From the NCBI GenBank assembly GCA_013265495.1, contig MU058213.1, forward strand, positions 1,178,001 through 1,242,000: a stretch of 64,000 nt of DNA. Direction: 5' to 3'. Origin of the DNA: Vicugna vicugna. Lineage: Eukaryota. Below are positions 1-11,950 of this stretch, one piece after another. The position numbers and the translations under genes were made by a program. The notes below the pieces were generated by a model that was given only the letters and a program-made list of their open reading frames with translations, made no database searches and was not told the DNA's origin. Position 1 is the stretch's first letter. Each line of letters begins with the position of its first letter.

Positions 1-689
1 GGGCCTTACAGGCCAATTAAAATCTGCTCAGAACCAAATTATGTTAAATTACAAATCCCTCAGGAAAAATTGGAAAGTATAATTAATACATTTGATGTCA
101 GTGGGTAACATGCCCAAGTCTGGATATTGCCCACGCAGCTCTAGGTAAATAAACCTGTAACATATAATTCATAGTGCAGGGGTTCGCAACCAGCATCTAA
201 GAGTCAGCTTCACAGAGTCTGTCCTCTCCTCCCATATGAAAAATGTTGTGAGCTGATATATTTGGGAGAAAGGGATTTCACAGCTTTCAGATTCTTAAAG
301 GGATCCAAGTTGCCTTTAAAAAAAAAAAGCCTTAGTGTGATTAGGCTTATTATTTATATGTAGAAGGAACTGCCCTTCATATTTACCCAGAGCAGACCTA
401 AGGAAGTGACATCTAGAAAACTTGAATGCTGCAGATCAAGATGCTTACAATTCCTGAACACAATTAAAGCGAATCAAGCAGTGTATTACTATTGCTTTAA
501 AACTGCTTTTCCTTTATTGGAAAGAAAACAAGATTGACTTCTTATTTTTTAATCTCTCTCATGGAAGGAATCTCTGGTTCAGTTTTTGATATACTTACCT
601 AAACACATCTTGTTTAACAAAAGAAAGCTTTAACAAAAGGAAAGATGTCCTTTGCTCATGGTTAGAACATCTAATTGTCATGAAAATAT

Positions 690-1645
690 GTTTTTCCTAA
701 GTTAACTTATACATTTAACATGATCCCAATAAAATTACTAATGAACTTTTTTCCCCCTAGAGCTAGACAAGTTGATATTAAAGTTCATGTAGAAAAATAA
801 ACACACAACCTGAAAATCTGAAAAGGGGGACTTAGTTGGGGGAGGAAAATGAAGGGACTAGTCCCACCAGGTAATTAAAACTTACCAAAAAGCCCCTATT
901 CTTTTTATGTACTGGCACATAAATTAGAGTGACCAAAGGAATAGAATGGAAAGATCTAGAGTAGTCCCAAGTATATATGGAAATACAGTATATGATAAAG
1001 GTGATTTTTCAGATCAGTGGGGCCAAAAAAAAATGGACTTTTGATATTCCAATATAACTGGATAATCACTTAGAAAAAGATGATTTGATCCTTTCTTCAC
1101 ACTACATACAAGAATAAACTTTAAATGGATCAGGAATCTAAATATAGCAATGAAACCATAGTAATATTAGAAGAAAACATGGATGAATTTATCTGTAATA
1201 TGGGTATAGGGAAAGGACTTCTATGATTCAAAATCCAGATGCAATTAAAGAAAAGACAGATATATTTGACTACCTAATTTTTTAAAATTTTGCATAAAAA
1301 CACCTTAAGAAAAATTAATATACAAATTACAAGTTGAGAGAGAATATTTATAACATATATAAAAGACAGGTCTAGTAGTCCCAATAGACAAAGAATTTAA
1401 AAAAAATAAGGAAGACCAAAAATATTATAGAAAAATTAGCAAAATGAATGGATAATCACAAAAGATAGAAAAAGCGGCATTTAAAAGATACTCATAAGAA
1501 ACCATTTTTCTCCTCCTTGGGTAAACACTGAAGGGAAACAAAAACATATGTCTATACAAAGCTTTGTACCCAGATATTCATAGCAACTTTAATTGTAGTA
1601 ATTCCAAACTGGAAAACCCAATGTCCACTATCACATGAATAGACT
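690..1645 (+). mobile_element. Old LINE-1 (L1M) ORF2 3' fragment
   Basis: A-rich decayed ORF2 sequence (e.g. gatcccaataaaatt, aaagttcatgtagaaaaataaa, tatgataaaggtg, ccaaactggaaaacccaatgtcc). Confidence 0.8.
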
Positions 1646-1649
1646 AAGA

Positions 1650-1890
1650 GTTTTCGTTTTGTTATTTATTTCTAACTTTATCTCATCTGCGGTCAAAGAA
1701 GACAGTTTGTATGACATCTAAAATTTTGAATCTATTGAGACTTGAGGTGTGGCTTAACGTGTGGTCTGTCCTGGAAAATGTCTCGTGTGAACTTGAGAAG
1801 AATGTGTGTTCTGCTGTTGTTGGGTAGGGTATTCTGTGTAAATCCATTAGATCAGATGGTTTATTGTGTTGATTATATCCCCTACTTCTT
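1650..1890 (-). mobile_element. LINE-1 ORF2 (endonuclease region) fragment
   Basis: gtggtctgtcctggaaaatgt...gagaagaatgtgtgttctgctgttgttggg is typical antisense L1 ORF2 5' sequence. Confidence 0.75.
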
Positions 1891-2078
1891 AAGGAGGAGA
1901 GGACAAAGTAATGGATGAACTAGAAATGGAAGAGAGATCAAAGGAATGACTGGAGGGGGAGTATGACTGAAGGGGTGGATGATTTAGAGAAAAGTAAGTA
2001 ATTTCAATGTCTTGTCATGATGAAATTTTTATTTGCTGTTGTTATTACTAATCACAACTATTAATAAAAGGCAGTTAG

Positions 2079-2192
2079 AAAATATATATGTATGTATATA
2101 TATACTGAATTTCTTAGCTGTATACCTAAAACTAACATTGTAAATTGATTACACTTCAATAAAGAATAAAAAATAAAATAAATAAATATGTA
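2079..2192 (+). mobile_element. Extremely 5'-truncated L1 3' tail with 16-bp TSD
   Basis: tatatactgaa...gctgtatacctaaaactaacattgtaaattgattacacttcaataaa plus A-rich tail; aataaaaggcagttag repeated at 2063-2078 and 2193-2208. Confidence 0.8.
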
Positions 2193-2559
2193 AATAAAAG
2201 GCAGTTAGCATAAGTCTAGTCCAAAGTAGAAACCTGATACACAATATTTAGTATTTTCTTTTTAATTGATATGATGACTTCTCTACACAATGAATGTAAC
2301 CATTCACTGGTTTGTTTATTTGTCACATTGTGCTGGATGATGCTGAGGATAAGGTGGTAATAGACACAGCCCAAGCCTTTCTTTCATGCGTTTCACCATC
2401 CAGTGGGGAGACAGAACTTGTCCCCTGCTAGTGGTGACCCAGAGTAGCAGGGCAGGATCAGGGAGCCCAGGAAGGTGAAACAGAAAAAAATCCCATACAC
2501 ATAGAATGGCACAATGTACATTCATTTACCCACCAGCCAGATTCAGAACTTTCAAGATT

Positions 2560-3670
2560 TTGACACGAGAGGCAAAGGTAACAAAAGAAAAAGTAGACAA
2601 ATTGGACTTAATGAAAATTTTTAAAAATTTCTATGTATCAAAAGACACTACTAACAGAGTAAAAAGGAAACCCACAGAGTGGGAGGAAATATTTATAAAT
2701 CATATATCCAATAAGGGATTAATATCCCAAATATACAGGAAGCTCCCAAACTCAAGAAGAATAAAACCAATAGCCCAGTTCAAAACAGAGCAAAGACCTG
2801 AAAGGGCATTTCTCCAAAGAAGATATACAAATGGTCAATAAGCACATATAAAGATGTTCAACATCACTAATCATTAGGGAAATGCAAATCAAAACTACAA
2901 TGAGACACCACCTCACACCCATTAGGAGGACTGCTATCAAGGAAAAGAAAAACAACATGTGTTGGTGAGGATGTAGAGAAACTGAAAACTTGTGCACTAT
3001 TGGCAGGAATGTAAAATTGCATAACCACTGTGAAAAACAGTACGGTAGTTCTCCAAACAATTAAAAACAGAATTACCATATGATTCAGCAATTCTACTTC
3101 TGGGTATATACTCAAAAGAACTGAAAGCAGGAACTGGAAAATATATTTTTTCACTCATATTCATAGCAGTATTATTCACAATAGCTGTGGAAGCAACCCA
3201 AATGTCCATCAGTGAGTGAATAGGTAAGCAAAATGTAGTATGTATGTGTGTGTTTACACACACACACACACACACAGAGGAATATTATCCAGCCTTAAAA
3301 AGGAAAGAATTTCTGCAATATGAGATAACATGGATGAACCTTGAGAATATTATGCTAAGTTAAATAAGCCAGTCACAGAAAGATAAATATCATATGATTC
3401 CACTGAGAGTACTTTCAGTAGACGAAATCATAAAGACAGAGAGTATAGTGGTGGTTGCCAGGGGTTCGGGGAGGGGACAAGGGTGTTATTGTTTAATGGG
3501 CACAGGGTTTCAGTTTTATAAGATGAAAGAGTTATGGGGATAGATGATGGTGATGGCTGCACAACAGTGTGAATGTATTAAATATCATTGAACTATGCAC
3601 TTAAAAATGGTTAAGATGGCAAATTTTATATTATGTCTATTTTACCATAAATTTTAAAAAGAAGAAAAAT
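2560..3670 (+). mobile_element. LINE-1 (L1MA/L1MB-type) ORF2 C-terminus and 3'UTR, with internal (CA)n at ~3256-3276
   Basis: ORF 2506-2841 contains KEKVDKLDLMKIFKNFYVSKDTTNRVKRKPTEWEEIF; gggaaatgcaaatcaaaactacaatgaga; typical 3'UTR ending in an A tail. Confidence 0.92.
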
Positions 3671-3749
3671 CACTAAACTGTATACTTCACAAGGGTGAAT
3701 TTTATGGTATGTGAATTATATCACTAAAGCTGTAAGCAAACAAAAAATG

Positions 3750-4830
3750 GTGTAGAAGGAAAAACTTACAACAAATGTCATTTGATAAATGTAAAGGGAG
3801 TGGTGGTATAATTGGGAAATGACCATTTTGCAACTACCATGGGAAGGAATGGATGCTAAATCTAGAGGAGAAAGTTTGATGAGGAGCAGGGTATTTGCAT
3901 GGTCTCATTGTCTCCAAAGATTGTTGATTGGTTGCAAGGGTACAAATAATAAATATATAGTGAAGAAATAAACAATGACTGGGTGGTTGAAATTAACACC
4001 ACCCGGTAAATGCTGGCAGGTATCATGTGTCCCCAGATGTGACAGTCTGGGGAGAACACAAAATCACCAAATAATGATCTAGCTGGGGTTGCAAAGTTTG
4101 AATCTAATTCTGGTGAGGAAACACTACATAAACCAGTTGAAGAACATGGAAAATAATTGGCCTGCATTCTTCAAAAAGGCCAATATTATGAATGACAAAG
4201 ATAGACTGAGGAACTATTTCAGATTAAAGGAGACTAGAAACATGATATGATCTTATATGATGGAGGAAATGTTATTTGGACAAGTGACAAAGTTGGAACA
4301 TAGACTGTAGATTAGATATAATTATTTTACCAATATTAAATTTCTGAACTTTGTTCATTATATTGTGGTTATGTAAAAGAATATCCTTGTTCCTATGGTT
4401 ACAGCACAGAGAATTATATTCAATTTCTTGTAATAACATAATGTAAAAGAATTTGAAAAAATATTTATGTATGTATATGTATAACGGAATCACTTTGCTA
4501 TATACCTGAAATTAACATTGTAAATTAACTACTCTTGAATAAAAAACAAAATTTTAAAAATAAAAATAAAAAAAGAAAAGAAAACCCTTGTTCTTAGGAA
4601 ATACACATTGAAGAAGCATGATACTTGCCACCTGCTCTCAAATGGTTAAAAAAAAAAAGTAGTAAAATAGTGGCAGGGCCATGTGAGGGAGGGAGAGAAG
4701 AGAAGGAGAGAGAGAATGATAAAAAGAAATGTGGCAAATGTTGGAAAACTGATGAATCTGGGTACAGGGTACACAGAAGTTCTCTGTATTATTCTTACAG
4801 TGTTTCAGTACATAAAAGTTTAATGAAAGT
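3750..4830 (+). mobile_element. Old L1MC-type 3' end interrupted by a younger L1 tail (~4393-4575)
   Basis: Resembles 55900-56790. The inserted tail tacagcacagagaattatattcaa...aataaaaa is flanked by imperfect TSD aaaagaatatccttgttc / aaaagaaaacccttgttc. Confidence 0.72.
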
Positions 4831-5102
4831 GTGTTTGAAATTGTTAAATCCATTTGCCTTTCACATGGGAGCCCCTGAGAACAGTTTCACTCTGGAGAGC
4901 CAGGAAAAGCCCAGTCCCATATGGACACCATCTCTATGTCGCAGAAACCTTGTCAGCAGAGGGTGGAGCTGTGGGAGGCTAAGGGATGTTTTCTGGGACT
5001 TCAAGAAAGGAGTGCAGTTACCCTGGGGAAATTCTAGTGGCTATTAATTTAGGACAGGGGTAAAGAGGAGAAAATGAGAAATGAACAGAATGAAAGGAAG
5101 GA

Positions 5103-5267
5103 GGGGGAGGGTACAGCTCAAGTGGCAGAGCGCAAGCTTAGCGTATACAAGGTCCTGGGTTTAATCCCCAGTACCTCCTCCAAAAATAAATGAGTAAAAC
5201 CTAATTACCTCCTCTCCAAAAAAATTTTTTTAAATAATAAAAAATTTGGAAAAATAAATAAAATAAA
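5103..5267 (+). mobile_element. tRNA-derived SINE (camelid Vic-1-like)
   Basis: ggggagggtacagctcaagtggcagagcg...ggtcctgggtttaatccccagtacctcc (A and B boxes), then cctaattacctcc and an A-rich tail. Confidence 0.88.
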
Positions 5268-7639
5268 GGGGAGGCTAATGCCTATCAGTGAAGCCGGGTC
5301 CTGTTCAGTGGCTCGGGAGACTATGACACTCCAACCCAACAGCTTACCCATTCCAGAACCTTCTCTCACTCACATGCCCCGACCCGCCTCTTCTCAACAG
5401 AAAAGGGAGGGAAGGTGGGGAGGGGACTTTCAGGTTCCAAAAGATGAGTCAAGTACATTTTCAGGTAGACTTGAGAGTAAAGGCCGCTCTTGGTTCTCCT
5501 TCCTCACCCAAAATAAACCTCACCTGAGTCTTAATCCTTTAACCAGAAAGCCAGTCTTCTCTTTGCAATAGTCTTCAAATGCAAATAGTTGGCCAGAGCA
5601 ACACAAACATGGAAATGCGTTTATGCCACAGTATAATCAGCTAATGGATCAGTACAACCCACAGCTGTAGAGGACTAAGAAAAAACTAGGAGTAGATTTT
5701 CTTGTTTTGGAAAAGAGAAGCATTGAGAAAAGGAAAGAGAAAGAAAGAAATTCCTGGGATGTGAAGAGAGGAAAGAAAGAAGAAAGGAAAGGTCTTTACT
5801 ACCTTTATAGTTCCCTGAAAGTTAATCCTAGGATTCCCAGAAACCAAAACACTTGATGGGGTTATTGCTACCAAACTGCAAGGACACTAACTTTCCTGCT
5901 TGTGTGATTTATACAGCTTTCTTCTCAGACTGACTTTACACACATCTCAGGTTTTGGAGGATTTTTTGAATCGAGACACGGGTGTTAAGGCATTTTTCTT
6001 TGCTTCTGTTTTTTAATTTGTGAAGTGGGAACAGATATACTCGTAAATCTACCTCGTAAAATGATTGGGACTGAAGAGAGAGTTTCTCTTAAACTGCTTT
6101 TGGAAAGAAATAGTATAGCACCAATTTAAAAGTGTATACATTTTTTTTTTTCTGTTCCAACTGGTTTGAACAAATTCTCTTCAAGTCTCCTACCTTAACC
6201 CTTAGGTCACTCACCCCAGCATTATCCATTGTTCATGGATAGCTAATTGTTTTGTTAATATATTGTGGGAGACTTCTCCCTTCCCCCATGGTAAAATGAG
6301 GTTTCTTTGCTGACCAGTGGTCACAACCTCAAATTGGCCAGGGTGCAACGGTACCACAATTCCTGCAGCTGGCTGATGTGAGGTGAGGACCGGGCCAATG
6401 AAGATAGCATGCCCTGCCTGAGCCCCTCACACACAGAACTCATCCAGGCAAGTGGGTCAGTTTTGCCCCTCTAGATGCGAGGATGTCTAAATTCTCCCTG
6501 AGCTCTCAAATCCCACGATTATTTTGAAATTCACATTTGGCGTGGTCACTGGCCTGGAGCCCCTTTCCCAGTATTTATTAACCTGCATGGCTCTTGCTGG
6601 TCATCTATCATCGCAAAACCACTGGACTTAATTAACTAGTAGAGTGGTTACCGCTGAATGAGAAGTTCACATAAAATGTTTCATGTATTTGTGGAACTTT
6701 GCCCCCAAGCTCGAATTCTGCCGTCTCTCTTAAAGGACCAATTTACTGGTTATAAAACGACAAGTTACAGATTCTTCTTCACATTGACCTTTTAATGTAA
6801 AGTGTATACAGGTCCCTTTCACGCCTCCAAAGATTGCACCCAATTTCCAGTTTATCACCCTTGAATATTCCAGGTGACACTTACCTCATCCGATGACAAA
6901 TCCCTTCATCTGGCTGAGTCTCTTCAACCCTGTCACCCCCACCACAACCCTCCATCTCTTATCTTTTTACACCCATCCCCTCTTCCTACTCCCCACTTCC
7001 TCCAGACACATACCTACTAGGTCTTGTTCACAGAGGCCAGAGTGTCCCCTGCCACAGAGGTTAAGATGAGGATCTGGGAGTCTGGAGACAGTAGCAGCCG
7101 CCTAGGTCCCCGCTCCAGCTGTGAATAGGCAGAAGGGAGAGTCTGTGGGAGGGCGAGACCCGAGGGAAGCTCATTAGAGAGGCCAAGAGCTCTGGCTTGC
7201 GGGAGGAGCTGGCCCTTGGACTGTCACAGCCTCCTAATCCCAAATACTTTTGTTGTTAAGGCCTGGTCTCTGATGTTGCAGTCTGATTCGTCCAACCTAC
7301 AGCAAAGCAGCTTGGGATGTTTTACTGCAATAATGATAATGACAATGATGTCATTGACAGCTGCCCCACAGGAACTCAGGACTCCAAATTCCTAGAGCTA
7401 GTGAGTCGTATTGCTGACAGCTGGTCCCAAAGAAAGGCAGCAGCAAGGTCAGATGTCCTAAAGTTCAGAGGTCTGGTGTGAGAATGAGCACCTGGGAGGC
7501 TGTGGCTGCAAACAGTGAAGTTTCTGTTTCTGTTGTATTTGTATCTGTATGTTGTTTTAGGTCCATGAGGGACAGGCCTGGGCCAACCAGCTCCTTTGAC
7601 TCTTCTAATAGCTTGCTGCTCTGCACCCCCTGGACTCAG

Positions 7640-8330
7640 TCTCTGTCATGGCCTACAATGTCCTCCCTGCTCTGCCCCTGCCAACATCTCAGCTTTATCC
7701 CCTACCAGGTGACCCTCCCTCTTCCATCAAGCTCCAGCTGCACTGTGTTCTCAACATACCATATCCCTTAAATAAGCCAAACAAGTTCTGCCTCAGGACC
7801 TTTGCACTGGCTATTTCTGCTACTGGAACATTCATCCCACTGCTACTGTTCTCCCCTTTACATAAACATCTGGCTCCCCCTCATTCATTAGTAACAGTCT
7901 TTCTAAGGGTTTCCCTGGATTTTCCCCTCAATCACAGGACACTGTTTTGTTTTCTTCACAGCTATTAGCACTAACTGAAATTATTGAGTTTATTTATTTA
8001 CTTGGGTATTTCTCCAGTCCCCTCCCCTCACTAGATTGTAAGTGTCATGAGGGCAGATTTGCGCCTGTGTTGCTCATATTATTCCCACTTCCAAGATCAA
8101 TTCCTGACATAGTAGGTACTTACTGTATGTATGTTGACTAAATGAATGGGACATTGTTCATTAATTGACTAAGAATTAGTGTGTACATGGTATGTGCCAG
8201 GCACTATCTGAGTACAGGAGATATAACAGCAAACAAGACAGTAAAAGGCTCCCCCAAGGAGGTGTCAGCTCCAGAAGGAAAGACAACCATGAACATAATA
8301 ATCAAGTAATTGAAAATGTATCTTAAAACA
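7640..8330. mobile_element. LINE-2 fragments (two 3' ends)
   Basis: cctcaggacctttgcactggct...actagattgtaagtgtcatgagggcag...tgttgactaaatgaatg, then the opposite-orientation atgtgccaggcactatctgag. Confidence 0.75.
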
Positions 8331-9124
8331 ATAAACAAAGAAGAAATTGCTTGTTTGTGCAGAGATTGCTATAAATGTACATCCAGAAGTGTTGATAGTG
8401 GAGATGAGTTGTCAGTCACAGAGCCTGGAATTCTCAAGAACCCAAGCCACATTTATGAATTCATAAAAGGATTTTATTCCTGGAAATGTGATAGCAAATG
8501 ACCCATTTCTAGTTTTCAGACTAATTTTCTGCTGAGGCTTCTCGTCAAGACTGCCCTGTGGCACCAACCTATTTATCAGTCTCAGTGAGTTTAATTTGAA
8601 AATAACCTTTGAATCCATATTTCAACATCCAAAGAATTCAGATTCTGGGGATGACTCAGGGCAAGTCACTGTGTCCTCTGGAGATTGTAAAAGAGATCTG
8701 GCATGAGGCAGGCATTGCAATAGGTCAACAGAGCTTCCTTTAAAGTTCTAGAAGGGAAGTTGGGAACAGGTCACTTTCTCCAGGAGAAGTCACAACCAAT
8801 AATTTTGTTGCAAATCTCTAGTTTTTCCCAGGCTCCCAAGGCTCTACTTGACTCATTTCTTTTACTTGTCAGGCCCCTGGAGGCTTTTGATTTTGTGAGC
8901 CCTGTTTCTAGATGTTGAATTGGACATGCTAAGACTTTTAGTATCTGAAGTCCCTGGAAATTTTCTGTTAAATAAACTATGACTGGGGAAAATTAAAATG
9001 CTAAAATGCTGATGATTTGAGGACCGATCTAAAAACCTTCAATACAAAGGGGTCCAAGATGCTAGGATTATAAATCGCACATTCCTTTGTATTTCCTTAG
9101 CAGGAACACATCTTCTCCTTTGGG

Positions 9125-9814
9125 AGTTGTTTAGCTACTGTTCTACCTAACAAACCACCACGAAACTCAGGGACCTGAACTACCGTTGCTTCTCATTATC
9201 CAAGGGGGTTGATTCCAGGACCCCTAGGATACCAAAATTCATGGATACTCAAGTCCCTTATATAAAATGGTATAGTATTTCAATATAACCTAAACATTCC
9301 CTTTGTGTATTTTAGATCATCTCTATATTACGTATAATACCCAATACAATGTAAATGTTATGTAAATAGTCGTGAGCATGAGGCTCATTCAAGTTTTGCT
9401 TTTTGGAACTTCCTAGAATTTTTTTTTCCTGAATATTTTTGACCTGTGGTTGCTTGCATCTGCAGACACAAATTTTATTATGTTCATGGATTCTGGGGGT
9501 TAGGGATTCTGACAGGGCAGAGAGGGGACAGCTTGTCTTTGCTCTGTGATTCTAGGTCCTCAGCTGGGAAGAAGGCCCAGGTGATCCACCGGCTGAAGGA
9601 TGGGATCAGATAAAGACGTCATCACTCATATGTCTAGTTGGTGTGGGTTATCGCTAGGCACACCCACCTGTGGTCTCTGTACTTGGGCTTGTTTGTTCCA
9701 AGAAAGCAAGGCAAAAGTGTACGATATTTTATGATCTGATTCAAAGTCTCAAGACAAGAAAAGCACGTGGGATGGGATTATGGCAGGCATCTTTGGAAAG
9801 TACAGTCTGCCACA
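9125..9814. mobile_element. MaLR (MLT1-type) LTR interrupted by a MER2-like element
   Basis: aacaaaccaccacgaaactcag ... ttatgttcatggattctggggg...ggtcctcagctggg ... ggcatctttggaaag...tctgccaca. Confidence 0.65.
9181..9470. mobile_element. MER2-like Tigger (TcMar) DNA transposon relic
   Basis: gattccaggacccc...gataccaaaattcatggatactcaagtcccttatataaaatgg...tacaatgtaaatg. Confidence 0.8.
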
Positions 9815-10934
9815 GTGGTTGATTTGACTTCAAAAGTAGGTAAAAGTCATTAGAAGTTAAGTTTGATGAAAATGTCCATTAGTGAAGCTGATTTTGGATT
9901 CAAAAAAATGAAGGGTAGGCCCATCAAATAATAATAAATAGATAATTTCCTTCTGTGGCTCACATCCTGCTCAGACTTCATTTTCAGAAGCCCACTTCTG
10001 GAACTTTTAAAACAACCAGCATCATTCCACCAGTCACCATGGCGGGTTTGAGTGGATGTTGCAGTAAGTACATCATCTCCTAGGGAAGTACCTGAAGAAC
10101 AGCTGTGTGGACAGGTCAGGTAAAGCCTTGCATTTAGGTTTGTTAGAAAACACAAAAATAGTCCCATTATCTTATGTCACACTTAGTATATACAGCCATC
10201 ACCAAGACCTACACTTCATTTTGGGGGTAAATTCTGAGGTGCTGGAAAAAATCAGTAGATCCCAAATGCTTTAGAAAGGGGTTTTCAAAGACTATGTTCT
10301 GAGCACTGGTTCCTGGAGATGAGAAATCTTCCTCTCGGATATTAAAAATTAATAATCTATGTAAGTATTAAAGGAACTCTACAAAAGAAACCTATTTGAC
10401 ATTGTTTAACACAGGGATTCAATTAATACCCTTTGTTACTAGAACACTGCCAAAACACTGCCCTGTGGTCTTGTCCCTAAAAGTGTTTGGAAACAGCAAC
10501 AAAAAAAGTACTGTTGGTTTGTCATTTTGTCCCCAGCGGTTCTTTTTTAACTTCTGATTAAACAGGTGCCAGTTGATCTGATTAACCTGGGGGGATGGAG
10601 GACCCCTGGGGCCATTTGATAAAGACTCATTAATATAATACAACTGCGTTGCCTGGGTTTCAGGGCCACTTTCAGAGATGTGAAAAGCAATCTGGGGTAT
10701 AGACTGTAAAAGAACCACAGAGCTGGAAGAAACCTTAGTGATTATCTGCTTCAACTCCTTTATCTCAGAGATGGAAGCTGAGGCCTACTTGTGTTGGATG
10801 ACTTTCCCAAGAAACATTTGTCGGTGCCAAACCAGAACTGGAAGCCAAATGTACCTTCCTAGGGTAGCTTTGCCAAATATAAAAAGTGCATCTGTGTGTC
10901 TTAGAGTAAGTCTGATCCTGTACCCCTTAGAAGC

Positions 10935-11100
10935 AAGGGTTTGGAATCAGGCCTTAGGAGACTCTGCCATTTATTAGCTGTACGACTTTAGGCGACTTAC
11001 TACCTCACTCACCTTCTCCAAGGCTGTTTTCTCATCTGCAGATGTGACTGACACAGTACCCTCACTGCCTTGTGGGGGTCAGATGAGGTAAGGTACTCTA
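10935..11100 (+). mobile_element. MIR SINE
   Basis: ctctgccatttattagctgtacgactttaggc...ttttctcatctgca core. Confidence 0.65.
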
Positions 11101-11419
11101 CGGAGGCTTATGCAGATACAGGTGGACGACTGGTCTACTTGCCCTCTCTTCCTATATAGCTTTCTGGGCTCCTAAGTGATTGGATCGGTTTGAGATGCTG
11201 ACTGACTCACCAGCGCAGTCTGTCATTTAAACTCATTGCTTTCTTTTTACTTCTTTGTAAGTGACACAAAATGAATAACTGAGGGCAAAACCTCAAAGCA
11301 TATTTCCAAAGATTCTTAGACATAAAACCTAACATACCACTGACGCCTCCCCATTGTGCTTAGGACTTGGAGGATCTAATGTTTGTCTTGAAAAATTCTG
11401 GGTGTCGGGGGACCAGTGA

Positions 11420-11950
11420 GGCAGGCCTGTTGCTCATGCTGGTTGAGCTGGGGCAAGAGTACAAGCAGAAGCCCACACACCGGATGTCAGAACACTTAAA
11501 AGTTGCAGATTAAACTGACCAATGGTTAAATAAATTATGTTTTATTCTCCAACCTTAACAAGTACACCATCAGAACAATCCAAAGAGCCAGGTTTGAATT
11601 TTAAATCCTCAGAAGCTCATAACAAAATGTGGCATCAGAGAGAGAGCTGACCCTGGCTCTCAGCCCCTTCTCCTTCCCCTGATACCGTCAAGCTCTGTGA
11701 CAGCCTCTCCCACATACCAACTGCACAGCCACACCCTCTTCAGACAGCCACCCCTAGGCCACCCTTTAGATCCAGGCCTGTGCATACTGGTTGCAACATT
11801 CACGACGCCAGGATGGCCGCCAGGAAAAAGCCTACCCACGCTCTGGAAGCGGGCTTAGGACTATTTGGACAAGAAATTCCAGGATCTGAACAATAGCATT
11901 CCATTTGTGGCCTAGAAGCGGGGACTTGGACTCCGAGTGGCGTATCCCGC
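11420..11950. mobile_element. hAT-Tip100-type DNA transposon relic (MER115-like, name uncertain)
   Basis: gggcaagagtacaagcagaagcccac...ttaaaagtt...gttaaataaattatgttttattctcc...gccaggtttgaatttt, recognised from memory. Confidence 0.45.

Noticed and set aside
100..135. p53-like half site (taacatgccc)
   Set aside because: Imperfect, with no properly spaced second half site.
3850..4830. Similarity to 55900-56790 suggesting a local duplication
   Set aside because: Both are independent diverged copies of an old L1MC-type 3'UTR.
5103..5180. tRNA gene-like sequences (also ~22015-22090 and ~33195-33270)
   Set aside because: Diverged, followed by a SINE tail and A-rich end, two with TSDs: SINE heads, not tRNA genes.
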